A model generated the notes under the pieces. That model was not told the DNA's origin, searched no databases, and worked only from the letters and a program-made list of their open reading frames with translations. This document shows positions 1 through 9,007 of a stretch of 64,000 nucleotides of DNA, in pieces. Each line of letters starts with the position of its first letter. Position 1 is the stretch's first letter. The translations under genes were made by a program, and so were the position numbers. Source of the DNA: Candidatus Omnitrophota bacterium (GTDB lineage Bacteria > Omnitrophota > Gorgyraeia > Gygaellales > UBA12090); contig JAUSCZ010000035.1 in NCBI GenBank assembly GCA_030674475.1, forward strand, positions 74,682 to 138,681, read 5' to 3'.

Positions 1-105
1 ACTCTGCCAATTGTTCAATAGTGGTCTTAGCCATCTTTCAACCTCCGGTTTTTAATGAATAAGATTTCATTTGTGTAAGGTTATTTTATATGTTAGCATA
101 AAAAT

Positions 106-1200
106 ATGCTTGAGGAAATAAAAAATAACCTGGAGCTCTCGCTCTCAAACTACGTAAACAATCTGGATAAAACTTACCAATTATCCAAAATCTCCCCCTT
201 CTTACACCAAAGTATAAAAAACTTTATCTCGCGCAAAGGAAAAAGGCTCAGGCCGCTTCTTTTTTGCCTAAGCTATCTGGGCTACAGCAAAAAACCGGCT
301 AAAGGCCTTTATGAAAGCGCCATCGCTCTGGAGTTGACGCATAATTTCCTGCTTATCCATGACGATATAATTGACAAATCCGACCTAAGGCGGGGCGAAC
401 CGTCAATGCACAAAATGATGAACAATTTCCTTAAGGGCTATAAACCGGATGTCGATGGCGCACCTTCCGTTAGCCAGGACATTAGCCAAAGCCGCCAAAA
501 TATCAAATTCTCCGGTGACGACCTGGCAATAGTAGTCGGAGATATAATCTACGCGATGGCCGTGAATTTATTTTTAACTATTGACGAGAAAAAAGCGCGC
601 AAGGAAAAAGCGGCAAAGAAGTTTTCCGAGATAGTCATTTATACCGGAGCCGGACAGTTTATTGAGCTTTTATACGGGGCCCAGAATATAAGCCGGATTA
701 ATAAAGAAGATATCTACAAAATCTACGACTTAAAAACCGCCTACTATAGCTTTTCTTACCCCTTAAGCCTGGGTGCGGTTTTGGCTGGCGAAGAAGAAAA
801 AGAACTCCGAAAATTATTTGAATACGGAAGGTGCCTGGGCCGGGCCTTTCAAATAAAGGACGACATCCTTAATCTGTTTGCCCCGGAGAAAGAGACCGGT
901 AAACCCGCTCTTACCGACTTAAAAGAAGCAAAAAGAACCATTCTGCTTAAACTTACCTATCAAAAACTTAATCCTAAGAACAGATCCCGAATAAATAAGA
1001 CGCTAAGCAAAAAACACCTTGATTCGCGAGACCTCACTATCCTGCGCGAGATCATCTCTGAGAGCGGAAGCTTAAAATCAGCCGAACAAGAAATATCATG
1101 CTACCTGGACAAGGCCAAAAAAATAAGCGCGTCTTTAAAGATGCGCCCCCGCTATAAAAACCTGATAGAATCGTATACCGCCGAACTCCTGAAAGTATAA
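106..1200 (+). CDS. polyprenyl (isoprenyl) diphosphate synthase
   Basis: Both aspartate-rich motifs are visible: LLIHDDIIDKSD (DDxxD) and FQIKDDILN. The size is typical of the trans-IPPS family. Confidence 0.8.
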   Translation: MLEEIKNNLELSLSNYVNNLDKTYQLSKISPFLHQSIKNFISRKGKRLRPLLFCLSYLGYSKKPAKGLYESAIALELTHNFLLIHDDIIDKSDLRRGEPSMHKMMNNFLKGYKPDVDGAPSVSQDISQSRQNIKFSGDDLAIVVGDIIYAMAVNLFLTIDEKKARKEKAAKKFSEIVIYTGAGQFIELLYGAQNISRINKEDIYKIYDLKTAYYSFSYPLSLGAVLAGEEEKELRKLFEYGRCLGRAFQIKDDILNLFAPEKETGKPALTDLKEAKRTILLKLTYQKLNPKNRSRINKTLSKKHLDSRDLTILREIISESGSLKSAEQEISCYLDKAKKISASLKMRPRYKNLIESYTAELLKV

Positions 1201-1202
1201 AT

Positions 1203-1237
1203 AACCCTTCCTGCACCTACGAGGTGCAGGAAGGGTT
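1203..1237. terminator. perfect 16-bp inverted repeat (AACCCTTCCTGCACCT-ACG-AGGTGCAGGAAGGGTT) between convergent genes; bidirectional terminator
   Basis: Palindrome read directly from the sequence; it sits between the + gene stop at 1200 and the - gene stop at 1248. Confidence 0.7.
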
Positions 1238-1247
1238 ATATTCCGCG

Positions 1248-1748
1248 TTACCGGCTTATCTTTAAAATTTTATACTTAATAATTCCGGCCGGGACATTTA
1301 TCTCCACGATATCATTAACTTTTTTCTGCAGAATGGCCTTTCCTACGGGTGAGTCTAAGGAAATCTTTCCCACCTCATAATCAGCCTCTTCCTTAGACAC
1401 CAGCATATACTCACACTCTTCCGCGGTATCTAAATCTGAGAGTAGAACCTTGGCTCCAAAAAAAACCTGGTCCTGAGGAATGTTCTTGGAGTCAATAACC
1501 TTGGCCCGGGATAATTTATCCTTGAACTCGGCTATTCTTTTTTCGCAATGGGCCTGCTCGTTTTTGGCGGAGTCGTATTCGGCATTCTCGCTTATGTCCC
1601 CCAGGCTCCTGGCGTACTCTAGAGCCTTAGAAATTTCCCGGCGCTTGGTTTTTTCCAAATACTCCAGCTCTTCTTTTAATTTTTCGTACCCTTGGGGGGT
1701 CAAGTAAACATCATCCAAGCCCATCAATAAATCCTCCCTTAAAATCAA
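1248..1748 (-). CDS. greA: transcription elongation factor GreA (likely true start at 1724, MGLDDVYL, with an AGGGAGGA SD upstream)
   Basis: N-terminal coiled-coil LTPQGYEKLKEELEYL plus a C-terminal FKBP-like domain. ~158 aa from the internal Met. Confidence 0.85.
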   Translation of the reverse strand: MILREDLLMGLDDVYLTPQGYEKLKEELEYLEKTKRREISKALEYARSLGDISENAEYDSAKNEQAHCEKRIAEFKDKLSRAKVIDSKNIPQDQVFFGAKVLLSDLDTAEECEYMLVSKEEADYEVGKISLDSPVGKAILQKKVNDIVEINVPAGIIKYKILKISR

Positions 1749-2644
1749 TTATAAATCAAATACTTAAAAACACCTAAGGCGGCCTTGGCGCCTTCGCCGG
1801 CGGCAATCACAATCTGTTTTTCCGGCACATCCGTAACATCGCCCGCGGCAAATATTCCAGGCACATTGGTCTCGTTGCGGGAATTAACTATAATCTCACC
1901 TGAGTTATTTTTGTCTATTCCGGAAGTAAAATCAGAATTAGGAATAAGCCCAATCTCCACAAAAACCCCCTGAACCGAAAGCAGGTTTTCTTTATCCTCT
2001 TTTTTTATCCTGATCGCGCTGACCATTCTATCGCCCAAAACTTCCTCCACCTTGGTATTATTAAAAATACTTACTTTATCACTTCCCTGAACCGCCTCTC
2101 GCATAACCGCGTCCCCGGTAAGCGCGGGAGCGATATTAATAATATACACCTTATTGGCTATTCTCATCAATTGCAGTGCCGCGTCCAGGGCCGAATTTCC
2201 TCCTCCGATAATGGCCACATCCTTATGAGAAAAAAGCGGGCCGTCGCAGGTAGCGCAATAAGTCAAACCTTTATTCTTAAATTCCTTTTCTCCCGGAACA
2301 TTGAGTTCCCGGGATCTCTTACCAGAGGCGATTATCACGCTTTTAGCCTCATATAAAGCCTTATCGGTCTTAACCTGAATTAAGCCGCCGACTTTCTCGA
2401 TTTCTCGGACCGCCTCATTTTCTTTTAAGGCGATATTAAACTTACGCAGATGTTCCTCAAATTTAAGCACCAACTCCGGCCCGCTGATAAACTGGTATCC
2501 GGTATAATTTTCCACATCTCCGCTTAAGGCGGTCTGCCCCCCGATGTCTTTGGTAATAATCAAAGATTCTATTCTCTTGCGGACAGCGTAGATAGCCGCG
2601 GTGATACCGGCCGGGCCTGCCCCTATGATTATTACATCATACAT
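1745..2644 (-). CDS. trxB: thioredoxin-disulfide reductase
   Basis: GxGxxG FAD motif IIGAGPAG, redox-active CATC in YCATCDGPLF, and a second NAD(P) GGGNSA motif. Confidence 0.9.
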   Translation of the reverse strand: MYDVIIIGAGPAGITAAIYAVRKRIESLIITKDIGGQTALSGDVENYTGYQFISGPELVLKFEEHLRKFNIALKENEAVREIEKVGGLIQVKTDKALYEAKSVIIASGKRSRELNVPGEKEFKNKGLTYCATCDGPLFSHKDVAIIGGGNSALDAALQLMRIANKVYIINIAPALTGDAVMREAVQGSDKVSIFNNTKVEEVLGDRMVSAIRIKKEDKENLLSVQGVFVEIGLIPNSDFTSGIDKNNSGEIIVNSRNETNVPGIFAAGDVTDVPEKQIVIAAGEGAKAALGVFKYLIYN

Positions 2645-3106
2645 TTATTTCAAGTGCTTCGGCGTAAGGTCAATAACTTCTTCAACCTTAATCCGAATCA
2701 TATACTTGGGATTAGGCAGGAGCGCCTCAGGATGCAGATGGTGGCCTTTTTCTCCCCGGATATTCTTTAACAGGCGGCTGGTTACCCGGCTGACAATCGC
2801 CTCATCCCAGGACTTGATTAGCGACGGATCTAAATTTTCTTTAGGCACTATTTCTGCCCGGCCCTTGAGTGAATAGCCGCTAAAACTATGTTCATCGGCA
2901 AAAGTCAGGCTGATGACGGGATTTTTATTGAGATTGCGGTAAGTCCTGCCCATATACAAATCCAGAAGATAGATTTGCCCCTCAGGGACTATCTTGAGTA
3001 TGCCTTTACAGGCATTATGGATAGTGCCGTCGCTATCAAGGGTTGAAACAATAACATATCCCTGTTTTTTAAGAAAATGTATTGTATCTTCAGGAAGCAT
3101 ATTCAC
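2645..3106 (-). CDS. pyridoxamine 5'-phosphate oxidase-like FMN-binding split-barrel family protein
   Basis: About 150 aa with a general-stress-protein-26-like pattern (VSTLDSDG...ISLTF...GYSLKGRAEIV). Family-level call only. Confidence 0.5.
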   Translation of the reverse strand: MNMLPEDTIHFLKKQGYVIVSTLDSDGTIHNACKGILKIVPEGQIYLLDLYMGRTYRNLNKNPVISLTFADEHSFSGYSLKGRAEIVPKENLDPSLIKSWDEAIVSRVTSRLLKNIRGEKGHHLHPEALLPNPKYMIRIKVEEVIDLTPKHLK

Positions 3107-3132
3107 TGAGCCAACAAGGCAATATTATTAGA

Positions 3133-3200
3133 AAAATAGGGACACATCCCATTTTTACGTCTCCATCTTTCAAGAAAAAATGGGATGTGTCCCTATTTTT
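3133..3200. terminator. 20-bp perfect inverted repeat hairpin (AAAAATAGGGACACATCCCA ... TGGGATGTGTCCCTATTTTT) with T-runs on both sides
   Basis: Read from the sequence; lies between the bacterioferritin-like gene and the PNPOx-like gene. Confidence 0.7.
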
Positions 3201-3208
3201 CTACTGAA

Positions 3209-3685
3209 CTAACCTTCTAAATTCTCAAACATTTCTTCGTGGGTTATCTCTTCTCCCAGTATGTGAGTTACCAACTGATAAGTATCGTGGTCTTTACCAA
3301 AGGTTTTCTTGGCAATCTTATTATAGACCTCAATTGCCCCAGCCTCAGCCGCTTCCACTAATTTAATAATCCCATCGTAATCGGAAAGTTCCTTGACTAC
3401 TCCCGGATAAGGAGCATTGGCATTTTTCTCTAAGTTAACCGGATTATTAGTGGGAAGTCCGCCCAGCTCAATAATTCTATTAGCCACTTCCTGGGCATGC
3501 TCTAACTCATCCTTGGCAATTTTATTTAAAAACTCCGACATATCTTCATAACCCTTGCCTTCCACGGTTTGAGCCATATACCAATAGGCATAAAAAGCCA
3601 ACCACTCGTCGCAATAGGCCTTATCCAAATCCTTGATTAAATCTTTTAGATCTAAATCCGCTATTTCTTTAGCCTTTCTTCCCAT
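3209..3685 (-). CDS. bacterioferritin-like / ferritin-like di-iron carboxylate protein
   Basis: 158 aa with two E-x2-H motifs (DELEHAQ, EEITHEE) in a four-helix ferritin-like layout, similar to Bfr. Confidence 0.6.
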   Translation of the reverse strand: MGRKAKEIADLDLKDLIKDLDKAYCDEWLAFYAYWYMAQTVEGKGYEDMSEFLNKIAKDELEHAQEVANRIIELGGLPTNNPVNLEKNANAPYPGVVKELSDYDGIIKLVEAAEAGAIEVYNKIAKKTFGKDHDTYQLVTHILGEEITHEEMFENLEG

Positions 3686-3726
3686 TTACTCCTCCTATTT
3701 TTATCTTCTACTTTCCTGCTCTCCTG

Positions 3727-3885
3727 CTACACCTTTTCAAACATATCCTTGCCCACTCCGCACTCCGGACATACCCAGACATCCGGTAAGTCGGAAAAAG
3801 CAGTATCCGGTTTGATCCCTTGCGTTGAATCCCCTATCTTGGGGTCATAAATATATCCGCAGACAGTACAACGATATTTATCCAT
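3727..3885 (-). CDS. rub: rubredoxin (52 aa; absent from the ORF track because it is under 60 aa)
   Basis: Hand translation of the minus strand gives [52 protein letters not shown]. It carries the two canonical CxxCG / CPxCG iron-binding knuckles. Confidence 0.85.
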   Translation of the reverse strand: MDKYRCTVCGYIYDPKIGDSTQGIKPDTAFSDLPDVWVCPECGVGKDMFEKV

Positions 3886-3972
3886 CAGCGCACCTCTTAA
3901 GCTATCTAATTTTCTACTTTGATTTTTATCATACCACCAATAAAAAAGATACGCAAGAGATTTCCTATTGAC

Positions 3973-5031
3973 CTAATGATGTTCGGGTAATTTCCCAATA
4001 GGTTCATAAACACAGTAGGGCTCTTGGCTAAGATAATCTCCGGTGGCCCAATAGCCGCGGGCGCGACAGCCTCCGCAAATCTTTTTATATTCGCATATTC
4101 CGCACTTACCGGATAGCCTGGAATCGTCCCTTAGGGCCTTAAAAAGTTCGCTTTCCAGCCAAATTTCCCGGAAAGTTTGTTTTCTTAAATCTCCTGCCGC
4201 AAGCGGCAGATACCCGCAGCCAAAAACCTCTCCCTTATAAGAGACAAAACAAACCCCTTGCCCAGCCAGGCACCCCTTAGTAACCGCGTGAAAGCCATTC
4301 TTGCTTACAGACGAATTATTTTTCTCTTTGACCGAACGTTGGCGCAGGATACGGTAATAATGGGGAGCGCAGGTAGGCTTGATATGGATGGGAAAATTCT
4401 GCTGGAAATCGTAGAGCCGATTAAAGGCTTCCTCGTATTCTAAAGGTGAAATCTCATCGCCTTCAAGGGCCAGGCCGCGGCCCACCGGCACCAGAAAAAA
4501 AACATGATAAGAGAGCGCTCCCAACTTTAAGGCCAGAGCGCCGATATTCTCTAACTCGCTTAAATTTTTCCTGGTGATGGTGGTATTTATCTGGAGTTTT
4601 ATTCCAGCGTTTTTTATATTTTCAATTCCGGCTAAGGTCCTGGCGAACGCCCCCGGCCGGCCGCAGAAATCATCGTGAGCCTGAGCGGTTGAACCGTAGA
4701 TAGATACCGCGGTCAAGACTATGCCGCTTTCCTTTAGCCGCCCGGCAGTTTCCTGGTCAATCAAGGCGGCGTTAGTTGCCAGGGTGGCCTTGAGGCCGCG
4801 CTGATGAGCATAATGAATAAGCTCGTAAATATCTTCCCGGACTAATGCCTCACCCCCGGAGAAAACCAGGATAGGCTTAGCCAAAGCGGAAAGCTGATCA
4901 ATAAACCTTTTGGCCTCTAAAGTGCTTAATTCATCAGGCGAGCGCGATTTCTGGGCCTGGGCCCGGCAGTGCGGACACTCAAGATTGCAGGCCCGGGTGG
5001 TTTCCCAAAACACTAAACGCAAGTCCATCAT
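3973..5031 (-). CDS. radical SAM protein with C-terminal SPASM-type cysteine cluster
   Basis: CNLECPHC (Cx3Cx2C) near the N-terminus, plus a C-terminal cluster GKCGICEYKKICGGCRARGY. Confidence 0.75.
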   Translation of the reverse strand: MMDLRLVFWETTRACNLECPHCRAQAQKSRSPDELSTLEAKRFIDQLSALAKPILVFSGGEALVREDIYELIHYAHQRGLKATLATNAALIDQETAGRLKESGIVLTAVSIYGSTAQAHDDFCGRPGAFARTLAGIENIKNAGIKLQINTTITRKNLSELENIGALALKLGALSYHVFFLVPVGRGLALEGDEISPLEYEEAFNRLYDFQQNFPIHIKPTCAPHYYRILRQRSVKEKNNSSVSKNGFHAVTKGCLAGQGVCFVSYKGEVFGCGYLPLAAGDLRKQTFREIWLESELFKALRDDSRLSGKCGICEYKKICGGCRARGYWATGDYLSQEPYCVYEPIGKLPEHH

Positions 5032-5039
5032 TTTTTGTT

Positions 5040-6035
5040 TTATCTCTCCGCGAATCCTTTCTTAAGGATGAAATCTCCCAGGCCAAGAAGGCACCGGCGG
5101 TATTTAGAGTCTTTAAGCGCCTTAAGCTTATCTTTGGCCAAGCTGATATAAGATGAGCTGATTTTTCTGGTATAAAGATAGGCGTCAGAATCAGCGAGTT
5201 CATTTCTTATTCTCTCTAAAGAATTAGTGTCTTTTGATTTAAGCATCTCTTTCAGGCGGCTCCTCTGGTTTTTATCAGAACTCTTTAAGAGATTTAAAAG
5301 CGGCAGGGTTACTTCACCCACGCTGATATCCTGTCCCGGGGCTTTACCTAAATTGTTTTCTCCCCCTGTCAGATCCAGATAATCATCAACTATTTGAAAG
5401 GCGATTCCGAAATTAAGGCCGTAGTGCCTGAGGGAACTTCGCAGAGAGCGGGAAGAATTAGCGGAAATCGCCCCCACTTCACAGGAAGCCGCGAATAGGC
5501 TGGCGGTCTTTTTTTTGATAATCATCAGGTAGCGGTCTTTAAGCAGAGAAAGATTATCCCTTTCCACTACCTGGCTCAGCTCTCCTTCGCACATACTCTT
5601 GGTGGCTGAGCTGATACAGCTTAAAATATCGGTGTTGCCGCAATTAGAAATCAGTTCAAAAGCCAAAGAATAAAGGTAATCCCCTAAGGTAATCGAGACA
5701 TCCATGCCCCAGCGGGAATTAACCGTGGGGTTGTTATGGCGCCGCTGGGAATGGTCAATTACATCGTCGTGGATCAAAGAGGCCATATGGATAAGCTCGA
5801 TGCTAGAGGCAATATTAATTAGCTGTTTATTGACCGGGGAATCGGCCTTTCCATTGGAGGCCTTGGCCGAAAGAATAACCAAAGCCGGGCGCATCCTCTT
5901 GCCGCCAGATTCCAACAGAAAGCGATTCACCTTTAAAATGGATGAATTCCTGGCCTCACTTAAAGAGGTTTTAATCACCTCCTCAACCTGAGTAAGCTCT
6001 TCGCGTATCGGCTGATAAATTTCTTTTAATCGCAT
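5040..6035 (-). CDS. all-trans polyprenyl diphosphate synthase (IspB/HepT-like)
   Basis: LIHDDVIDHSQRRH and FQIVDDYLDLTG motifs. Confidence 0.8.
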   Translation of the reverse strand: MRLKEIYQPIREELTQVEEVIKTSLSEARNSSILKVNRFLLESGGKRMRPALVILSAKASNGKADSPVNKQLINIASSIELIHMASLIHDDVIDHSQRRHNNPTVNSRWGMDVSITLGDYLYSLAFELISNCGNTDILSCISSATKSMCEGELSQVVERDNLSLLKDRYLMIIKKKTASLFAASCEVGAISANSSRSLRSSLRHYGLNFGIAFQIVDDYLDLTGGENNLGKAPGQDISVGEVTLPLLNLLKSSDKNQRSRLKEMLKSKDTNSLERIRNELADSDAYLYTRKISSSYISLAKDKLKALKDSKYRRCLLGLGDFILKKGFAER

Positions 6036-6050
6036 TTTATCCTTATGTTC

Positions 6051-7124
6051 CTAAAACTTATCATAATATATATGTATCTCCTTGACCCCTTTTTTGGTCA
6101 AGACTTTGATTGCCGCGTCAATCATTGGCGGAGGGCCGCAAAGATAGGCCTCGGTATTTCCGTTAGAACGGATAAAACGCTCAACCGCCTGGGTAACAAA
6201 GCCGGTTTCCCCGGCCCATTTATCCTCAGCCTTAGGCTCGGAAAGCACCGGGATATACTTAAAATTAGGACATTCCTTTTCTAAAGCTTCGAGCTCCTCA
6301 GTATAAAAAATGTCCTTTTTGCTCCTGGCCCCAAAAAAATAGCTGATTGGACGCGGCATACCTTTTTCTTTCAAGTGAAGAAGTATGGAGCGGATAGGAG
6401 CCATGCCGCAGCCTCCCCCGATGCACACTATTTCTCTCTGGGAATCCTCCCGCAAGTAAAAGCTTCCGTAGGGCCCGGTTACGGTTATTTCATCATCAAC
6501 ATCCAAAACCTCGTGTATATAGGAAGAACACAGGCCCCCGGGAACCAAGCGCACAATCAGCTCAATCACGCCCACTTGCGAAGGGGCCGAGGCAACGGAA
6601 TAAGCCCGAAATTCATCAACTTCCGGAATCCGGAATTGGATGTATTGACCGGCCTTAAAACTTATCTTATCCGGCTCCAGCAATTTCATCACCACATACT
6701 TGATATCGTGGGTTAAATCGGCAATCTTAAGCACCCGGGTCTTATATTCCCTGGCCTCTAAGAGGTCTTCGGAAATCAAGACCTCAATGTCATTCTTCAC
6801 CTTCACCTGACAGGCCAGCCGTATGCCTTTGAGCCTATCTTCACGATTCACAAAGACTTCTTCGGTAGGCAGGATATGTCCGCCTCCGCTTAAAACCTCA
6901 ACCTTACAATAGCCGCAGGTAGCCTTGCCTCCGCAGGCTGAGGGGACAAAAATCTTATTCTGGGCAAAATAGCTTAAAAGGCTGTCTCCGCCGTTAACCG
7001 TGAGTATCTTTTCCTTATTAATAGTTACTTTGCACTCTCCGTAGGTAACCAAAAAACGCTCAGCGATAATCAACAAAAGCGCCACCACCACCAGAATCAT
7101 ATCCATTACTAAGATCGAGAGCAT
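6051..7124 (-). CDS. NqrF-like membrane-anchored 2Fe-2S ferredoxin / FAD / NAD(H) oxidoreductase subunit
   Basis: N-terminal TM helix, then CGGKATCGYC...C (plant-type 2Fe-2S), the RAYSVAS FAD motif, and a GGGCGMAP NAD-binding motif. It occupies the position where rnfB normally sits. Confidence 0.7.
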   Translation of the reverse strand: MLSILVMDMILVVVALLLIIAERFLVTYGECKVTINKEKILTVNGGDSLLSYFAQNKIFVPSACGGKATCGYCKVEVLSGGGHILPTEEVFVNREDRLKGIRLACQVKVKNDIEVLISEDLLEAREYKTRVLKIADLTHDIKYVVMKLLEPDKISFKAGQYIQFRIPEVDEFRAYSVASAPSQVGVIELIVRLVPGGLCSSYIHEVLDVDDEITVTGPYGSFYLREDSQREIVCIGGGCGMAPIRSILLHLKEKGMPRPISYFFGARSKKDIFYTEELEALEKECPNFKYIPVLSEPKAEDKWAGETGFVTQAVERFIRSNGNTEAYLCGPPPMIDAAIKVLTKKGVKEIHIYYDKF

Positions 7125-7127
7125 TTT

Positions 7128-7712
7128 CTATTGTAAGGTAATAATACCGGCAAAGCCCATAAAGGCCAGGGCCATCAGGCCGGCGATAATCATTGTTATC
7201 CCCGGTCCGCGCAGGCCTTTGGGAATATCACTCACCAGCATCAGCTTTTCCTTTATCGCCGCCATCAAGATAATGGCCAGGGCCCAGCCGCAGGAGGTGC
7301 CGAAGGAATAACAGACCGTCTGGATAAAGTTATAATTACGTAAAACCATAAAAAGGCAGACCGCCAAAACAATGCAATTAACTGTAATCAAAGGCAAAAA
7401 TATCCCGAATGACGACTGTAGCGGGGGGAAAAACTTTTCAATAAGCATCTCTAACAACTGAACGGTGGCGGCGATGATAATGATAAAGATTAAAAAAGCC
7501 AGAATCTCAGAATGTAAGGGCACCAGCACCTTCCAGTATATCGGCCAATTGATAATCGCGGTTAAAGTTACCACAAAAATTATAGCTATGCCCATACCCA
7601 CGGCAGTTTTGTAATTCTTAGAAATGATTATAAACGGGCACATCCCCAAGATATAAACCAGGGCGATATTATGGGTAAAAATTGAGGCGATTAATATAGT
7701 TAAAGGATTCAT
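7128..7712 (-). CDS. rnfA: Rnf/Nqr ion-translocating complex subunit A (RnfA/NqrE family)
   Basis: 194-aa polytopic membrane protein. Family resemblance and operon position. Confidence 0.75.
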   Translation of the reverse strand: MNPLTILIASIFTHNIALVYILGMCPFIIISKNYKTAVGMGIAIIFVVTLTAIINWPIYWKVLVPLHSEILAFLIFIIIIAATVQLLEMLIEKFFPPLQSSFGIFLPLITVNCIVLAVCLFMVLRNYNFIQTVCYSFGTSCGWALAIILMAAIKEKLMLVSDIPKGLRGPGITMIIAGLMALAFMGFAGIITLQ

Positions 7713-7715
7713 CTC

Positions 7716-8345
7716 TTATTCCGTCTTCTTAGCAATAGTCCTGAATATCCACAAATAAACCCCTAAAAGGAAAAAGGCTCCGGGGGCGATGGTCAAAATC
7801 ACCCAGTTAGTCCAGGCCCCAGGCATCACCCTGTAACCTAAAATAGTGCCAAAGCCCAGAGGTTCGCGGATTAAAGCCATCAAAATCAGCATAAAGCTAT
7901 AACCAACACCATAGCCTAAACCATCCAAGAAAGAAAGCCAGGGCCCATTCTTGATCGCAAAGGCCTCGGCCCGGCCCATCAGGATACAGTTGGTAATAAT
8001 CAGGCCCACATAAGGGCCCATCTCTTCGCTGATAGGAGGAAAATAGGCCTTCAAAACCCTATCCACACAGATTACAAAGGTAGAGATAATTACCATATAA
8101 GCCAGCATCCGCACCCGGGAAGGTATGACATTACGAAAGAACGAAACAAAAAGACAGCTAAAGGCGGTGCATAAAGTAACCCCTATCCCCATAGCCAGGG
8201 CGTTCTCTAAGCGGTTAGTTATGGCCAGCATTGAGCAGATACCCAAAACCACGCAGAATGTGGGATGATCCTGCCACATCCCGATAGTTAAGGTCTTAAA
8301 CCACTTGGTCTGCTTTATGCTTCTTTTAAGCTGTTTCTTGGGCAT
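7716..8345 (-). CDS. rnfE: Rnf/Nqr complex subunit E (RnfE/NqrD family)
   Basis: 209-aa polytopic membrane protein paralogous to the A subunit; operon position. Confidence 0.75.
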   Translation of the reverse strand: MPKKQLKRSIKQTKWFKTLTIGMWQDHPTFCVVLGICSMLAITNRLENALAMGIGVTLCTAFSCLFVSFFRNVIPSRVRMLAYMVIISTFVICVDRVLKAYFPPISEEMGPYVGLIITNCILMGRAEAFAIKNGPWLSFLDGLGYGVGYSFMLILMALIREPLGFGTILGYRVMPGAWTNWVILTIAPGAFFLLGVYLWIFRTIAKKTE

Positions 8346-8435
8346 GGACCCTCGCTCCGCTCGGGAGTAGCCAGAGGCCAGTTGCCAGAGGCCAGATTTT
8401 TTTCTGGCTTCTGGCTTCTGGTTTCTGGTTACTAC
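8346..8435. repeat. 5'-UTR heptamer-repeat element: CCCTCGCTCCGCTCGGGAG-CCAGAGGCCAGTTGCCAGAGGCCAG-T7-CTGGCTTCTGGCTTCTGGTTTCTGGTTACT (copy 1 of 3)
   Basis: Near-identical to 58158-58243 and partially to 56055-56089. Lies immediately 5' of the rnfE ATG. The CCAGAGG and CTGGYTT arms can pair through G-U wobbles. Confidence 0.7.
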
Positions 8436-9007
8436 TTTCCGATCAGCAGGCTGAGCTTCTTTTGTATCGTTTCATTCAGCAATTTTTCTAAGGCCTTGCT
8501 GGAGCCAGTGGCGCCGGTAATCGCGTCTACTTCATTATTAGCCTTGGCCTTGCCGGAAGGCACAAAACTTATTCTAGGAATAATCTCTTTATTTCTAAAG
8601 CCTTTCAAATATTCAAATTCAGCGATCCTGCCGCCTAAACCAGGGGTTTCTTCTTGATGCAGTATCCTCAGCACCCGAATAGTCTTTAAATCCGAATTTA
8701 TGCTGAGTATGCCTTCAATAGTCCCCCATAATCCCGGCCCTTTAAATTTAAAGGCGGTGGTGCCGTCAACAGAAGCATAAAACACGCTATCTCCCTTCTC
8801 TAAGATCTTGACATTTTCATCAAAAAGCTCTAAGACATTTTCCGGACGGTAAGGAATCTCTAAAACATCCAAGACCGCGGATTTTAATTTCAATTCTTCA
8901 TTGCGGGCAATCATTGTCGCGGTTAAGGAGTTGATTCCAAAAAGCAATCCCCCGGAAATCGTTCCCATCGCGACCACAAAAATCAATATTCTTAAAGCGG
9001 ATTTCAT
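8432..9007 (-). CDS. rnfG: Rnf/Nqr complex subunit G (FMN-binding, RnfG/NqrC family)
   Basis: Single N-terminal TM helix, followed by the DAITGATGSS covalent-FMN attachment motif. Confidence 0.8.
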   Translation of the reverse strand: MKSALRILIFVVAMGTISGGLLFGINSLTATMIARNEELKLKSAVLDVLEIPYRPENVLELFDENVKILEKGDSVFYASVDGTTAFKFKGPGLWGTIEGILSINSDLKTIRVLRILHQEETPGLGGRIAEFEYLKGFRNKEIIPRISFVPSGKAKANNEVDAITGATGSSKALEKLLNETIQKKLSLLIGK

